Source: Candidatus Methylomirabilia bacterium
GTDB lineage: Bacteria; Methylomirabilota; Methylomirabilia; Rokubacteriales; CSP1-6
NCBI GenBank assembly: GCA_041497895.1
Contig: JBGQHJ010000015.1
Span: 1-54,052, forward strand
Direction: 5' to 3'
DNA length: 54,052 bases
The position numbers and the translations under genes were made by a program. The notes beneath the pieces were generated by a model that saw nothing but the letters and a program-made list of their open reading frames with translations, had not been told where the DNA came from and did no database searches. This document shows, in pieces, positions 1 through 9,272 of this stretch; position 1 is the first letter of the stretch, and the number at the start of each line of letters is the position of its first letter.

Positions 1-394
1 AGATGACCCCGGTGAAGAGGTCGACCTTCTCGGACAGCTTGAGCCGCCGCATCTCCTTCACGTTGGCGTCGGTGCCCGCGTTCTCGTCGGCCTTGAACGT
101 CTCGATCTTCCGCTTGCCGAGCAGGCCGCCCTGGGCGTTGATCTCCTCGGCGGCGAGGGTGTGGCCCTTGAACGATGGTTCACCGAGCACCGCGGCGGCG
201 CCCGTGAAGAAGGTCATGTGGGCGATCTTGAACGGCGTGTCCGGGATATTGCCCTTGGGCTGCGCGTGCGCCTGGCTGACCAGCGGCACGGCGGCCAGGG
301 GCACGCCCGCGGCGGCAGCGGCGCCGGCGGCGGCGGTGCCGACCGTCACGCCCAGACGGGCCAGGAAGTCTCGACGGCTCACCTCTTGCGTCAT
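1..394 (-). CDS. Branched-chain amino acid-type ABC substrate-binding protein with Tat signal (5' part; runs off window)
   Basis: Manual translation from ATG at 394: MTQEVSRRDFLARLG...AHAQPKGNIPDTPFKIAHMTFFTGAAAVLGEPSFKGHTLAAEEINAQGGLLGKRKIE; twin-Arg SRRDFL, Liv-type 'AEEINAQGG' motif, GAGGAGG SD upstream. Confidence 0.85.
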   Translation of the reverse strand, partial: MTQEVSRRDFLARLGVTVGTAAAGAAAAAGVPLAAVPLVSQAHAQPKGNIPDTPFKIAHMTFFTGAAAVLGEPSFKGHTLAAEEINAQGGLLGKRKIETFKADENAGTDANVKEMRRLKLSEKVDLFTGVI

Positions 395-539
395 GGTTCT
401 GCCCTCCTCATTGGGGGACGATGGGGGACCTTCGCGGGACCGCGCGGATCATTCGCCGTAATACTGCCCTAGCAACTACGGCAACCGCAAGAAGTTCCCC
501 CGCCGGTCGCGTCACCTCTATAATCGGCTCCGGCGGGCC

Positions 540-1238
540 ATGCAGGGGATCGGGCGGGTCCTGGCGGGGATCGGACGGGCGCTGCGCGCGCGGTGGGGCG
601 TCTTCGCCGCGGTGGGGGCGCTCGTCCTGGTGCTCGACATCCTGGTGCCGGTCCTGGTGCTCTCGGTCGCCCGCAAGCCCGTCGACTACTTCACGGTCAA
701 CCCCTGGCTGCCGAACCTCCCCGGCTACCTGACCTCGGGCAAGGGACCGCTCGCCGAGCGGCTCGAGCGGGCCTGGGACCTGGCGCTCTTCTGGTTCTCG
801 GCCAACGGCATCTTCGGCATCGACTGGGGGTTCGCGGTGACCGCGGCGGACCTCGCGCGGTTCGGCCTCATGGCCGCGCTGATCGGCGCCTACTTCGCTC
901 TCTGGGTCCACCGGCGCGACCGGACGGGCCCAGCCGCCGGCTGGCGGCCCCGCCTGGGCCAGCAGGGCGGGATGCTGGGCGCGGTGGGGAGCGTCTGCGG
1001 CCTCGCCACGGGGGGCTGCACGGTCATGGGCTGCGGAGCGCCCGTCATCCCGGTGGTCGGCCTGGCCTTCGTGGGACTGTCGAGCACCACGCTCACCTGG
1101 CTCTCGCAGCTCTCGACCTTCGCCACCGCCGCGGTGATCGGCGGGATGGCGCTGGGAGTGCTCTACCTGGCGTGGCGCGTCGGCGGCGCCCCCCTCACGC
1201 CGAACCCCCTCTCCCCTCCGGGGAGAGGGCCGGGGTGA
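540..1238 (+). CDS. Hypothetical integral membrane protein with Cys/Gly-rich motif (CGLATGGCTVMGCG)
   Basis: 232-aa ORF with about 4-5 hydrophobic segments and typical codon usage. Confidence 0.75.
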   Translation: MQGIGRVLAGIGRALRARWGVFAAVGALVLVLDILVPVLVLSVARKPVDYFTVNPWLPNLPGYLTSGKGPLAERLERAWDLALFWFSANGIFGIDWGFAVTAADLARFGLMAALIGAYFALWVHRRDRTGPAAGWRPRLGQQGGMLGAVGSVCGLATGGCTVMGCGAPVIPVVGLAFVGLSSTTLTWLSQLSTFATAAVIGGMALGVLYLAWRVGGAPLTPNPLSPPGRGPG

Positions 1239-1242
1239 GGGG
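1191..1242. repeat. REP-like GC-rich palindrome (CCCCTCAC...CCCTCTCCCC-TCC-GGGGAGAGGG...GTGAGGGG)
   Basis: Nested inverted repeat; related copies at about 7573-7595 and 41432-41478. Confidence 0.7.
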
Positions 1243-1257
1243 CGCTCGCTCTGATCT

Positions 1258-1342
1258 TTGTATTCGCTCGCCTCGCCTTCGGCTGCGGCTCGCCCGGCTC
1301 TTGTATTCGTTCGCCTCGCCTTCGGCTGCGGCTCGCCCGGCT
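1258..1342. repeat. Tandem duplication, 2 x about 43 bp (TTGTATTCGYTCGCCTCGCCTTCGGCTGCGGCTCGCCCGGCT)
   Basis: Copies at 1258-1299 and 1301-1342 differ by one base; lies between convergent genes. Confidence 0.9.
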
Positions 1343-2135
1343 ATCGCCCCTTGAAGTGGGGCTCGCGCTTCTCCACGAAGGCGCGGGCGGCCTCGCGATG
1401 GTCCTCGGTCATCCCGGTGCGCGTGTGGTGCCACGCCTCCAGATCGAGCATCTCCTTGAGGGAGGCGCTCTCCGCCGCGTTCATGTTCCGCTTCATGTAG
1501 CGGTAGGCGACGCGCGGCCCGCGGGCCAGGCGCGAGGCCAGCGCCATCGTCTCTTCCTCGAGCCGCGCGTCGGGTACCACGCGGTTGACCAGACCCAGCG
1601 CGAGCGCCTGCTGGGCGTCCAGCAGATCGGCCGTGAAGTACAGCTCGCGGGCCTTGGCGGTGCCCACGAGCTGGGTCAGATAGTAGCTGCCGCCGAAGTC
1701 GCCCGAGTAGCCCACCCGCGCGAAGGCGGTCCCGAGGCGCGCGCTGTCGCCCGCGATGCGCATGTCGCAGGCCATCGCGAGCGAGAGCCCGGCCCCCGCC
1801 GCCGGCCCGCGCACCATCGCGATCGTCGGCTTGGGCATCTCGTGCAGCCACCGCGAGGTCTCCATGCGCGACCGCAGGGCCTGGGCCTTCTCCTCCATGG
1901 TCTGGCCGCCCAGCTCGTTCCCCTCGGCCATGGCCTTGACGTCGCCGCCCGCGCAGAAGCCGCGGCCCGCGCCGGTGAGGACGATCACGCCGACGTCGGG
2001 ATCCTCCGCCAGACGCGGCAGGGCCTCGAGGAGGGCGTCGAGCATCGGGCGTGACATGGCGTTGAGCCGGTCGGGCCGGTTGAGCGTGAGCACGGCCACT
2101 CCATCCTTCACGATCTCGAGCAGGTCGGTGGTCAT
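1341..2135 (-). CDS. Enoyl-CoA hydratase/isomerase (crotonase family)
   Basis: LTLNRPDRLNA, GRGFCAGGDV, GPAAGAGLSLAMACDMR and EDHREAARAFVEKR motifs. Confidence 0.95.
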   Translation of the reverse strand: MTTDLLEIVKDGVAVLTLNRPDRLNAMSRPMLDALLEALPRLAEDPDVGVIVLTGAGRGFCAGGDVKAMAEGNELGGQTMEEKAQALRSRMETSRWLHEMPKPTIAMVRGPAAGAGLSLAMACDMRIAGDSARLGTAFARVGYSGDFGGSYYLTQLVGTAKARELYFTADLLDAQQALALGLVNRVVPDARLEEETMALASRLARGPRVAYRYMKRNMNAAESASLKEMLDLEAWHHTRTGMTEDHREAARAFVEKREPHFKGR

Positions 2136-2202
2136 CGGGGCCCCTCCTCCCGGGCCTGGCGATTGTACCCTTTCGGCGGCTGCGATAGCCTGCCGATCAC
2201 CG

Positions 2203-3149
2203 ATGCGCCGCCGCGTGCTCGCGCTGCCGCTGGCCTGCCTCCTCGTGGCGTCCGCCGCCGCGGCGGTGGAGCGGCCGAGCGTGCCCCGGACGCTCGAAGT
2301 GGACGGGACCGCGCGGACCTATTACCTCCACGTGCCGCCCGGTCTCGGCCCGGGCCCCGTGCCCGTCGTCCTCGTCTTCCACGGCGGTGGCGGCAACGGC
2401 CCGTCCACCGAGCGGCTCACCCGCTTCAGCGCCCTGGCCGATCGCGAGGGCGTCGTGGTGGCCTACCCGGAAGGCGTCGGCCGGAACTGGAACGACGGAC
2501 GCGAATTCACGAGCTCGCGGGCCCATCGCGACCACGTCGACGACGTGGGCTTCGTGGCGGCGCTGCTGGACGCCATCGCGCGCGTGCATCTGCTGGACCC
2601 GCGCCGCGTCTACGCCACCGGCATCTCGAACGGCGGCATCTTCTCCCACTACCTGGCCGCGCGCCTGTCCGCGCGCATCGCGGCCATCGCGCCGGTGGTG
2701 GGCGGCGTCGCGGATCCGCCGGACCCGTGGTTCCGACCCGAGCAGCCGGTCTCGGTGCTGATCCTCCAGGGCACCGCGGACCCCCTCGTGCCCTATCGCG
2801 GCGGCCCCATCTCGTTCGGGCGCGGCAAGATCATCGACACGGAGGAGGCGGCGCGCTGCTGGGCCGCGCTCAACGGCGCGGCGCGCGAGCCCGTGCAGGA
2901 AGCGCTGCCCACCGGCGCGAACCCCGCCGCCTCCGCGAAGGATCGGTGCGGCGGGGTCCGGCTCGCGTACGCGGGGGGCGCGACGGCAGCGAGGTCGTGC
3001 TGGTGCGGCTCGAGGGCGGCGGGCACACCTGGCCGGGCGGCGCGCAGTACCTGCCGGAGATGCTGATCGGCCGCGTCTGCCGCGACTTCGACGCGACCGC
3101 GCTCATCTGGGACTTCTTCAAGGCTCACCCCAAGCGGGGCGGGCCTTGA
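2203..3149 (+). pseudogene. Secreted PHB-depolymerase/LpqC-like esterase, frameshifted near 2973-2978
   Basis: Signal peptide MRRRVLALPLACLL, VFHGGGG and GISNGG nucleophile motif in one frame; C-terminal GGGHTWPGG...IWDFFKAHP in another frame; switch at a G6 run. Confidence 0.8.
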
Positions 3150-3162
3150 TTCGCGCGGTCGG

Positions 3163-5088
3163 CTAGGCGCGCGCGGCCGGGACGCGGTCGGTCTCGGGCG
3201 GCTTCGCGGCCCCCGGGACCAGGAACGCGCGCGGCCGGAATGCGGCCGGGGGCAGGCCCAGCTCGAGAATTCCCCGCTCGAGCCACGCGTGCTGGCCCGT
3301 CATGACCGCGGCGGCCACGCGGCCCTTGAGCGCGTCGTCGGTGCGCCACAGATCGCGGAACAGGCGCCGCACCTTCCGTCTCGCGCTCCGGCAGAAGAGA
3401 TCGGCCAGCTCGCAGGCGCGCTCGGCCTCCGGATAGCGCCCGTCGGCCAGCCGCGCGGCGTGGGTGACCGCCGCCGCCATCGCGAACAGCTCCATCGCGA
3501 TGTCCACGCTGCGGAACAGGAAAGCCTGCTTCCGCTCCATCCGGGCGCGGTAGACCAGCATGCCGTGGAAGGTGGCCCGCGCCAGACGCCGGGCGCTCCG
3601 CTCCACGAAGCGCAGGTGCCGCGCAAGCGGGCCGAACTCGCCGAAGCGCCCGGGCGCGACCAGGCCCTTGAGCCAGAGCGGCGGATACCAGCGCGCATAG
3701 AAGGCGGCCACCCGCGGCAGCGCCGCCCGCTTCTCGGCCGCCCCTCGGCGGGGATCGATGAGCGCGCCCGCCACCTCCAGGTGCTTGTCCACCGCCTCGC
3801 GGGCCATGAACAGATGCATGATCTCGCTCGAGCCCTCGAAGATGAGGTTGATGCGCAGGTCGCGCATCATGCGCTCGACGCCGATCGGCGCCTCCCCGCG
3901 CCCGGCCAGCGACGCCTCGGTCTCGTAGCCGCGCCCGCCGCGGATCTGCAGCGTCTGGTCGGCCAGCTCCCAGGCGCGCACCGTGTTCCACTCCTTGGCG
4001 GCGGCCGCCTCGAGCCGGATGTCGTAGCCGCCGCGGTCGGCCATCTCGGCGGCGAGCTTGGCCACCGAGTCCATCGCGAATGCGGTCGCCGCCATGTCGG
4101 CGATGCGGTGACCGATCACCTCGTGCTTCCAGATGGGCACGCCCCACTGCACCCGCACGGCGGCCCAGCCGCGACAGATCTCGAGACAGCGCTTGGCCAC
4201 GCCCGCGCACACCGCGGGCAGGGTAAGCCGTCCGGTGTTGAGGGTGACGAGGGCGATCTTCAGCCCCTGCCCCTCGCGCCCGATCAGGTTCTCGCGCGGC
4301 ACGCGCACGTTGCGGAAGGTGATGACGCCATTGGCGAGCGCCCGGAGCCCCATGAAGCGGCACCGGTACTCCACCGTCACGCCCTCCCACCCCGTCTCCA
4401 CGATGAAGGCGCTGATGCGGTGGGTCTCGGGGTCGCGCGCCATCACCACCAGGAGCTCGGCCAGCGTCCCGTTGGTGCACCAGAGCTTCTCGCCGTTGAG
4501 CACGTAGTGGTCGCCGCTCCGCTCCGCGGTGGTCGAGAGGCTGGCGGGGTCGGAGCCCACCCCGGGCTCGGTCAGGGCGAAGGCGGAGATGGCCCCCCCG
4601 GCGCAGCGGGGCAGATACTTGGCCTTCTGCTCGACGGTGCCGAAGAGCTTGAGAGGCTGCGGCACGCCGATGGACTGGTGGGCCGAGAGCACCGCCGCGA
4701 TGTTGCCGTCGTAGCTGCCCACCAGCTCCATGGCCCGGCAGTACTCGGAGACGGTGAAGCCGAGGCCGCCGAACTCCTTCGGGATCTTCATGCCGAAGGC
4801 GCCCAGGCGCCGCAGCCCCGCCAGCACCGGCGCGGGATACTCCCCGCTCTGATCGATGGCGACCGGGTCCACCTCCTCACGGAGGAACGTTCTGAGATCT
4901 TCGAGGAACCGCGCGAACTCGGGCCGCTCCTTCCCCGCGTGCGGGAACGGGTGGATCAGGTCGAGGGCCAGATGGCCGAGGAAGAGATCGCGCAGGAACC
5001 CGCGGCCTTCCCAGATCTCCTGGCGGGCCTGCTCGGCCACCCGCCGGGATTCTTCTTCGGTCGGCCTCCGGGCATCGGCTGTGCTCAT
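3163..5088 (-). CDS. Acyl-CoA dehydrogenase (long, VLCAD/ACAD9-like)
   Basis: AFALTEPGVGSD, NGEKLWCTNG, LQIRGGRGY and RINLIFEGSSEI motifs; ATG at 5088 with GGAGG SD. Confidence 0.93.
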   Translation of the reverse strand: MSTADARRPTEEESRRVAEQARQEIWEGRGFLRDLFLGHLALDLIHPFPHAGKERPEFARFLEDLRTFLREEVDPVAIDQSGEYPAPVLAGLRRLGAFGMKIPKEFGGLGFTVSEYCRAMELVGSYDGNIAAVLSAHQSIGVPQPLKLFGTVEQKAKYLPRCAGGAISAFALTEPGVGSDPASLSTTAERSGDHYVLNGEKLWCTNGTLAELLVVMARDPETHRISAFIVETGWEGVTVEYRCRFMGLRALANGVITFRNVRVPRENLIGREGQGLKIALVTLNTGRLTLPAVCAGVAKRCLEICRGWAAVRVQWGVPIWKHEVIGHRIADMAATAFAMDSVAKLAAEMADRGGYDIRLEAAAAKEWNTVRAWELADQTLQIRGGRGYETEASLAGRGEAPIGVERMMRDLRINLIFEGSSEIMHLFMAREAVDKHLEVAGALIDPRRGAAEKRAALPRVAAFYARWYPPLWLKGLVAPGRFGEFGPLARHLRFVERSARRLARATFHGMLVYRARMERKQAFLFRSVDIAMELFAMAAAVTHAARLADGRYPEAERACELADLFCRSARRKVRRLFRDLWRTDDALKGRVAAAVMTGQHAWLERGILELGLPPAAFRPRAFLVPGAAKPPETDRVPAARA

Positions 5089-5116
5089 GGCGCCCTCCAA
5101 TCACCTCGATGCTAGT

Positions 5117-5656
5117 ATGCTCTGCTGGCCGAGCCAATACGAGCTTCGCGGGGAGGTCGTCACCATCGCCACCGACGAGATCGAGCAGCGGGTGCGTCGG
5201 GTTCTCGACGAGCTCGGCCTCCCGCACGAGATGGTCGAGATCGACCCGCAGTACGCCGACACCGTTGCGTTCTGCGCCCAGTACGGCTACCCCATCGAGC
5301 AGTCGGCCAACACCATCATCGTGGGCTCGAAAAAGGAGCCCAAGCGCTACTGCGCCTGCGTGGTCCGCGCTACCAAGCGCGTGGACGTCAACCATACGGT
5401 GCGGAAGCGGCTGGGCGTCCCGCGCGTCTCCTTCGCCGACCCCGAGGAGACGCGCGCGCTCACCGGGATGATGCTGGGCGGCGTGACCGTGTTCGCGCTG
5501 CCCCCGGACCTGCCGGTCTACGTGGACGAGGGGCTGATGGGCCTGCCGTGGATCATCCTGGGTGGGGGAAGCCGGTCGCTCAAGGTGAAGATCTCGCCCG
5601 ACGTGTTTCGCGTCCTGCCCAACGCGTCGGTGACCCCGGGGCTGGTGTCGGCATGA
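5117..5656 (+). CDS. YbaK/EbsC-family aminoacyl-tRNA deacylase-like protein (start uncertain)
   Basis: SANTIIV, ALTGMMLGGVTVF and ILGGGSRSLK match the YbaK/ProX fold; stop overlaps next start (ATGA). Confidence 0.8.
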   Translation: MLCWPSQYELRGEVVTIATDEIEQRVRRVLDELGLPHEMVEIDPQYADTVAFCAQYGYPIEQSANTIIVGSKKEPKRYCACVVRATKRVDVNHTVRKRLGVPRVSFADPEETRALTGMMLGGVTVFALPPDLPVYVDEGLMGLPWIILGGGSRSLKVKISPDVFRVLPNASVTPGLVSA

Positions 5657-7569
5657 CGCGGGCCGCCGACGGTCCCCACGACGCCACGCCCATCACGCGC
5701 GCGCAGAATCGCGCGCTCCTCGACGCGCTCCCGTTCGAGGACACCCAGGACTTCGAGGACGCGCGGCGCGGGTTCCTGGCCACGCTGCCCGAGGTCGAGA
5801 TCCGGAACGCGCAGGGCCGCGTCGTCTGGAGTCTCAAGGACTACGCGTTCCTCGGCGAGACGGAGGCGCCGCCCACCGTGAACCCGAGCTTGTGGCGGCA
5901 GGCCCGGCTGAACACGCACAACGGGCTCTTCCAGGTCACGGATCGCATCTACCAGGTCCGCGGGTTCGACATCTCGAACATGACGATCCTCGAGGGCGAC
6001 CGTGGTCTGATCGTCATCGACCCCCTCCTCTCGATGGAGGTCGCCCGGGCTGGCCTGGACCTCTACTTCGAGCATCGCGGCCGGCGGCCGGTCACCGCGG
6101 TCATCTACACGCACAGCCACACCGACCACTACGGTGGCGTGCGCGGCGTCGTCGACCCCGCCCGGGTCAAGGCGGGAGAAATCCCGATCGTCGCGCCGGC
6201 CGGATTCCTGGAAGAGATCGCCTCGGAGGCCGTGCTCGCGGGCACCGCGATGGTCCGGCGCGGACAGTTCCAGTTCGGCGCCACCCTGCCCAAGGGCCCG
6301 CGGGGCCAGGTGGACGCCGGGCTCGGCAAGGCAACCTCACGCGGGACGGTGACGCTGATCCCTCCGACGCGCACCATCACGGAGCCGATCGAGACCCACC
6401 GGATCGACGGCATCGAGATCGTGTTCCAGCTCGCCCCCCAGACCGAGGCGCCCGCCGAGATGCACATGTTCTACCCGGAGCTGCGGGCGCTGAACCTCGC
6501 CGAGAACGCCACCCACAACCTGCACAACATCTATCCCATCCGCGGCGCCCAGGCCCGCGACGCGAACGCGTGGGCCAAGTACCTCAACGAGGCGATGAAT
6601 CGGTTCGGGCGCGAGGCCGCGGTGGCCTTCGCCCAGCACCACTGGCCGGTGTGGGGCAACACCCGCCTCCTCGACTACCTCGGCAAGCAGCGCGACCTCT
6701 ACAAGTACCTGCACGACCAGACGGTGCGGCTCATGAACCACGGCTACAAGCCGACGGAGATCGCGGAGCGGCTCGCCCTGCCCAAGAGCCTCTCCGCGAC
6801 GTGGCACGTGCGCGGCTACTACGGTACCCTCCGCCACAATGCGCAGTCCGTGTATCAGCGCTACCTCGGCTGGTACGACGCCAACCCCGCCAACCTCGAC
6901 CCGCTGCCGCCGGTCGAGCGCGGGCGGAAATACCTCGCGTACATGGGCGGCGCCCGCGCGGCCATCGCGCGGGCGCGCGAGGACTTCGCGGCCGGCGAGT
7001 ACCGCTTCGTCGCCGAGGTCATGAGCCACGTGGTGTTCGCCGATCCGTCGAACGCGGAGGCGCGCCAGCTCGGCGCCGCCGCGCTCGAGCAGCTCGGCTA
7101 CGCGGCGGAGTCGGCGACCTGGCGCAACGCCTATCTGCTCGGGGCTCTCGAGCTCCGCCGCGGTCTTGGCGACGCGGGGGCGCGGGCCCCGGTCAGCCCC
7201 GACGTGATACGAGCCATGAGCCTCGATCTCTTCTTCGACTACCTGGGCGTTCGACTCAACGGTGAGAAGGCGGACGGCAAGCGCATCGTGGTGAACTGGG
7301 TCTTCTCCGACCTCGGCGAGCGGTACGCGCTGACCCTCGAGAACTGCGCCTTGACCTATCTCGCCGGGCGCGGGACCGAGCGCGCGGACGCCACCGTGAC
7401 CCTCGAGCGGTCCGTGCTCGACCGCCTGGTCCTGCGCGAGACGACCCTCGCGGAGGCGGTGGAGCGCGGGCTCGCGCGCATCGATGGCGATGGAGCGAAG
7501 GTCGTCGAGCTCTTCGGCCTGCTCGACGACTTCACGCTGATGTTCGAGGTCGTGGAGCCGAAGCGCTGA
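5653..7569 (+). CDS. Alkyl/aryl sulfatase (SdsA1/BDS1 family, metallo-beta-lactamase fold with SCP2-like C-terminus)
   Basis: DFEDARRGF, NPSLWRQARLN, IYTHSHTDHYGG, QHHWP and RGYYGT motifs. Confidence 0.95.
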   Translation: MTRAADGPHDATPITRAQNRALLDALPFEDTQDFEDARRGFLATLPEVEIRNAQGRVVWSLKDYAFLGETEAPPTVNPSLWRQARLNTHNGLFQVTDRIYQVRGFDISNMTILEGDRGLIVIDPLLSMEVARAGLDLYFEHRGRRPVTAVIYTHSHTDHYGGVRGVVDPARVKAGEIPIVAPAGFLEEIASEAVLAGTAMVRRGQFQFGATLPKGPRGQVDAGLGKATSRGTVTLIPPTRTITEPIETHRIDGIEIVFQLAPQTEAPAEMHMFYPELRALNLAENATHNLHNIYPIRGAQARDANAWAKYLNEAMNRFGREAAVAFAQHHWPVWGNTRLLDYLGKQRDLYKYLHDQTVRLMNHGYKPTEIAERLALPKSLSATWHVRGYYGTLRHNAQSVYQRYLGWYDANPANLDPLPPVERGRKYLAYMGGARAAIARAREDFAAGEYRFVAEVMSHVVFADPSNAEARQLGAAALEQLGYAAESATWRNAYLLGALELRRGLGDAGARAPVSPDVIRAMSLDLFFDYLGVRLNGEKADGKRIVVNWVFSDLGERYALTLENCALTYLAGRGTERADATVTLERSVLDRLVLRETTLAEAVERGLARIDGDGAKVVELFGLLDDFTLMFEVVEPKR

Positions 7570-7572
7570 CCG

Positions 7573-7595
7573 CCCTCTCCCCACCCGGGAGAGGG
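7573..7595. repeat. Short REP-like hairpin between convergent genes (possible terminator)
   Basis: CCCTCTCCC-CACCC-GGGAGAGGG inverted repeat. Confidence 0.6.
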
Positions 7596-7599
7596 AGAG

Positions 7600-8415
7600 C
7601 TACTCGCGCAGGGCGCCCGCGAGGAGACCGCGCACCAGATAGCGCTGGAAGGCGACCACGATGAAGATGGGCGGGAGGCTCGCCAGGAGCGAGGCGGCCG
7701 CGATGTCGCCCCAGGGCACCTCGAAGACGCCGGGGAACAGGGCGAGGGCCACCGGCACCGTGCGGCTCGCCTCGGTGGCGGTGAAGCTGTAGGCGAAGAG
7801 GAACTCGTTCCAGGAGAAGAGGAAGGCCAGGAGCGCCGCCGAGGCCATGCCCGGGGCCACCAGGGGCAGCACCACCCAGCGCAGCGCGGCGAGCCGGTCC
7901 GCGCCGTCGACCGCCGCCGCTTCCTCGAGCGCGCGCGGAATCTCCCGGATGAACCCGGCCAGCAGCCAGATCACCAGCGGCAGCGCGAACGAGGCATTGG
8001 CCAGGATCAGGGCGAGCCAGGTATCGCGCAGGCCGAGCGCCCGCATCAGGAGATAGAGCGGGCTCACGGTGGCGATCTGGGGAAACGCGGTGGCCGCGAT
8101 CATGCCGAGGAGGATGACGCGGCGGCCTCGCACCGGCAGCCGCGCGAGCGCGTAGCCGGCCAGGGTGCCGAGCCCCACCGCGAGGAGCGTGCTGGAGAGC
8201 GCGATGCCCAGGCTGTTCGCGAGCGCGCGCGGCATCAGGCTCTGGCGGAAGACGACGTCGTAGTGGGCCAGCGTGAGGCGGCTCGGCAGAAGCCGGGTCA
8301 GCGGCAGCAGCTCCGCGTCGGGACGCAGCGAGGTCAGCGCCTGCCAGAAGAAGGGGGCGGCGTAGAGGGCGAGGCCGAGCAGGACCAGCGCGTCGCGGAG
8401 CCGGCCCGGCCTCAT
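7600..8415 (-). CDS. Carbohydrate ABC transporter permease (MalG/SugB-like)
   Basis: EAA loop 'LEEAAAVDGA' and 'FLFSWNEFLFA'. Confidence 0.93.
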   Translation of the reverse strand: MRPGRLRDALVLLGLALYAAPFFWQALTSLRPDAELLPLTRLLPSRLTLAHYDVVFRQSLMPRALANSLGIALSSTLLAVGLGTLAGYALARLPVRGRRVILLGMIAATAFPQIATVSPLYLLMRALGLRDTWLALILANASFALPLVIWLLAGFIREIPRALEEAAAVDGADRLAALRWVVLPLVAPGMASAALLAFLFSWNEFLFAYSFTATEASRTVPVALALFPGVFEVPWGDIAAASLLASLPPIFIVVAFQRYLVRGLLAGALRE

Positions 8416-9272
8416 GCCGCGGGCTCTTCCCGGCCGATCAGGCGCAGGTAGGCGACCGCCACCGCCATCACCACCGCGAAGACCACGACCGCAATGGCCG
8501 AGCCGAAGCCCACCTGCAATGTCTGGAACAGCGTGCGGTAGGCATAGACGGTGAGCGTCTCGGTGGTGCCCGCCGGCCCTCCGCCCGTCAGCACGAACAT
8601 GATATCGAAGGCGCGCAGCGCGTCGAGGGTGCGGAAGAGCAGCACCACCAGGAGGATCGGCCGCACCAGCGGCCAGGTGATGCGCGCAAAAGCCTGCGCG
8701 CCCGCCGCGCCGTCCACCTGCGCGGCTTCGTAGAGATCCGGCGGAATGGTCAGGAGCCGCGCGTAGCACAGCAACGCCACGAAGGGCGTGGCCCGCCACA
8801 CGTCGGCCGCGATCAGGGCGGGCAGCGCCAGGCCCGGATCACCGAGCCAGTTGACGGTCCGGCCGCCGAGCAGGAAGTTCACGAGCCCGCCCGCGGGATG
8901 GTAGAGCCACTCGAACATCTTGGCGGTCACCACCGACGGCAGCGCCCAGGCCAGCAGCAAGAGGGCGAGGGCCACGCGCCGCCCTCCATGCTGGCCGCGC
9001 AGGCCGAGCGCGATGGCGAGGCCGAGCGCGCCCTCGAGGGCCACCGAGGCGACCGTGAAGATGCCGGTGACCCACGCCGCGTTCCAGAAGCGCGTGTCTC
9101 CCGCGAGGAACACGAAGTGGTCGAGACCGGCCCAGCGCGCGATCGAGAACACCGGGATGCGGTACTGGAGCGAGAGCCAGAGCACCCACACCGCGGGATA
9201 CACGGTGAGGCCCCCGAGCACGGCGAGGGCGGGCGCGAGCAGGAGCCAGGCGAGGCGGCGGTCGGCCGTCAC
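8412..9272 (-). CDS. Carbohydrate ABC transporter permease (MalF/SugA-like)
   Basis: 'LYEAAQVDGA' and 'FRTLDALRAFD...LTGGGPAG'; GTG start overlaps upstream stop. Confidence 0.93.
   Translation of the reverse strand: MTADRRLAWLLLAPALAVLGGLTVYPAVWVLWLSLQYRIPVFSIARWAGLDHFVFLAGDTRFWNAAWVTGIFTVASVALEGALGLAIALGLRGQHGGRRVALALLLLAWALPSVVTAKMFEWLYHPAGGLVNFLLGGRTVNWLGDPGLALPALIAADVWRATPFVALLCYARLLTIPPDLYEAAQVDGAAGAQAFARITWPLVRPILLVVLLFRTLDALRAFDIMFVLTGGGPAGTTETLTVYAYRTLFQTLQVGFGSAIAVVVFAVVMAVAVAYLRLIGREEPAA

Noticed and set aside
1258..1342. Possible CRISPR array
   Set aside because: Two adjacent copies with no spacer and no cas genes
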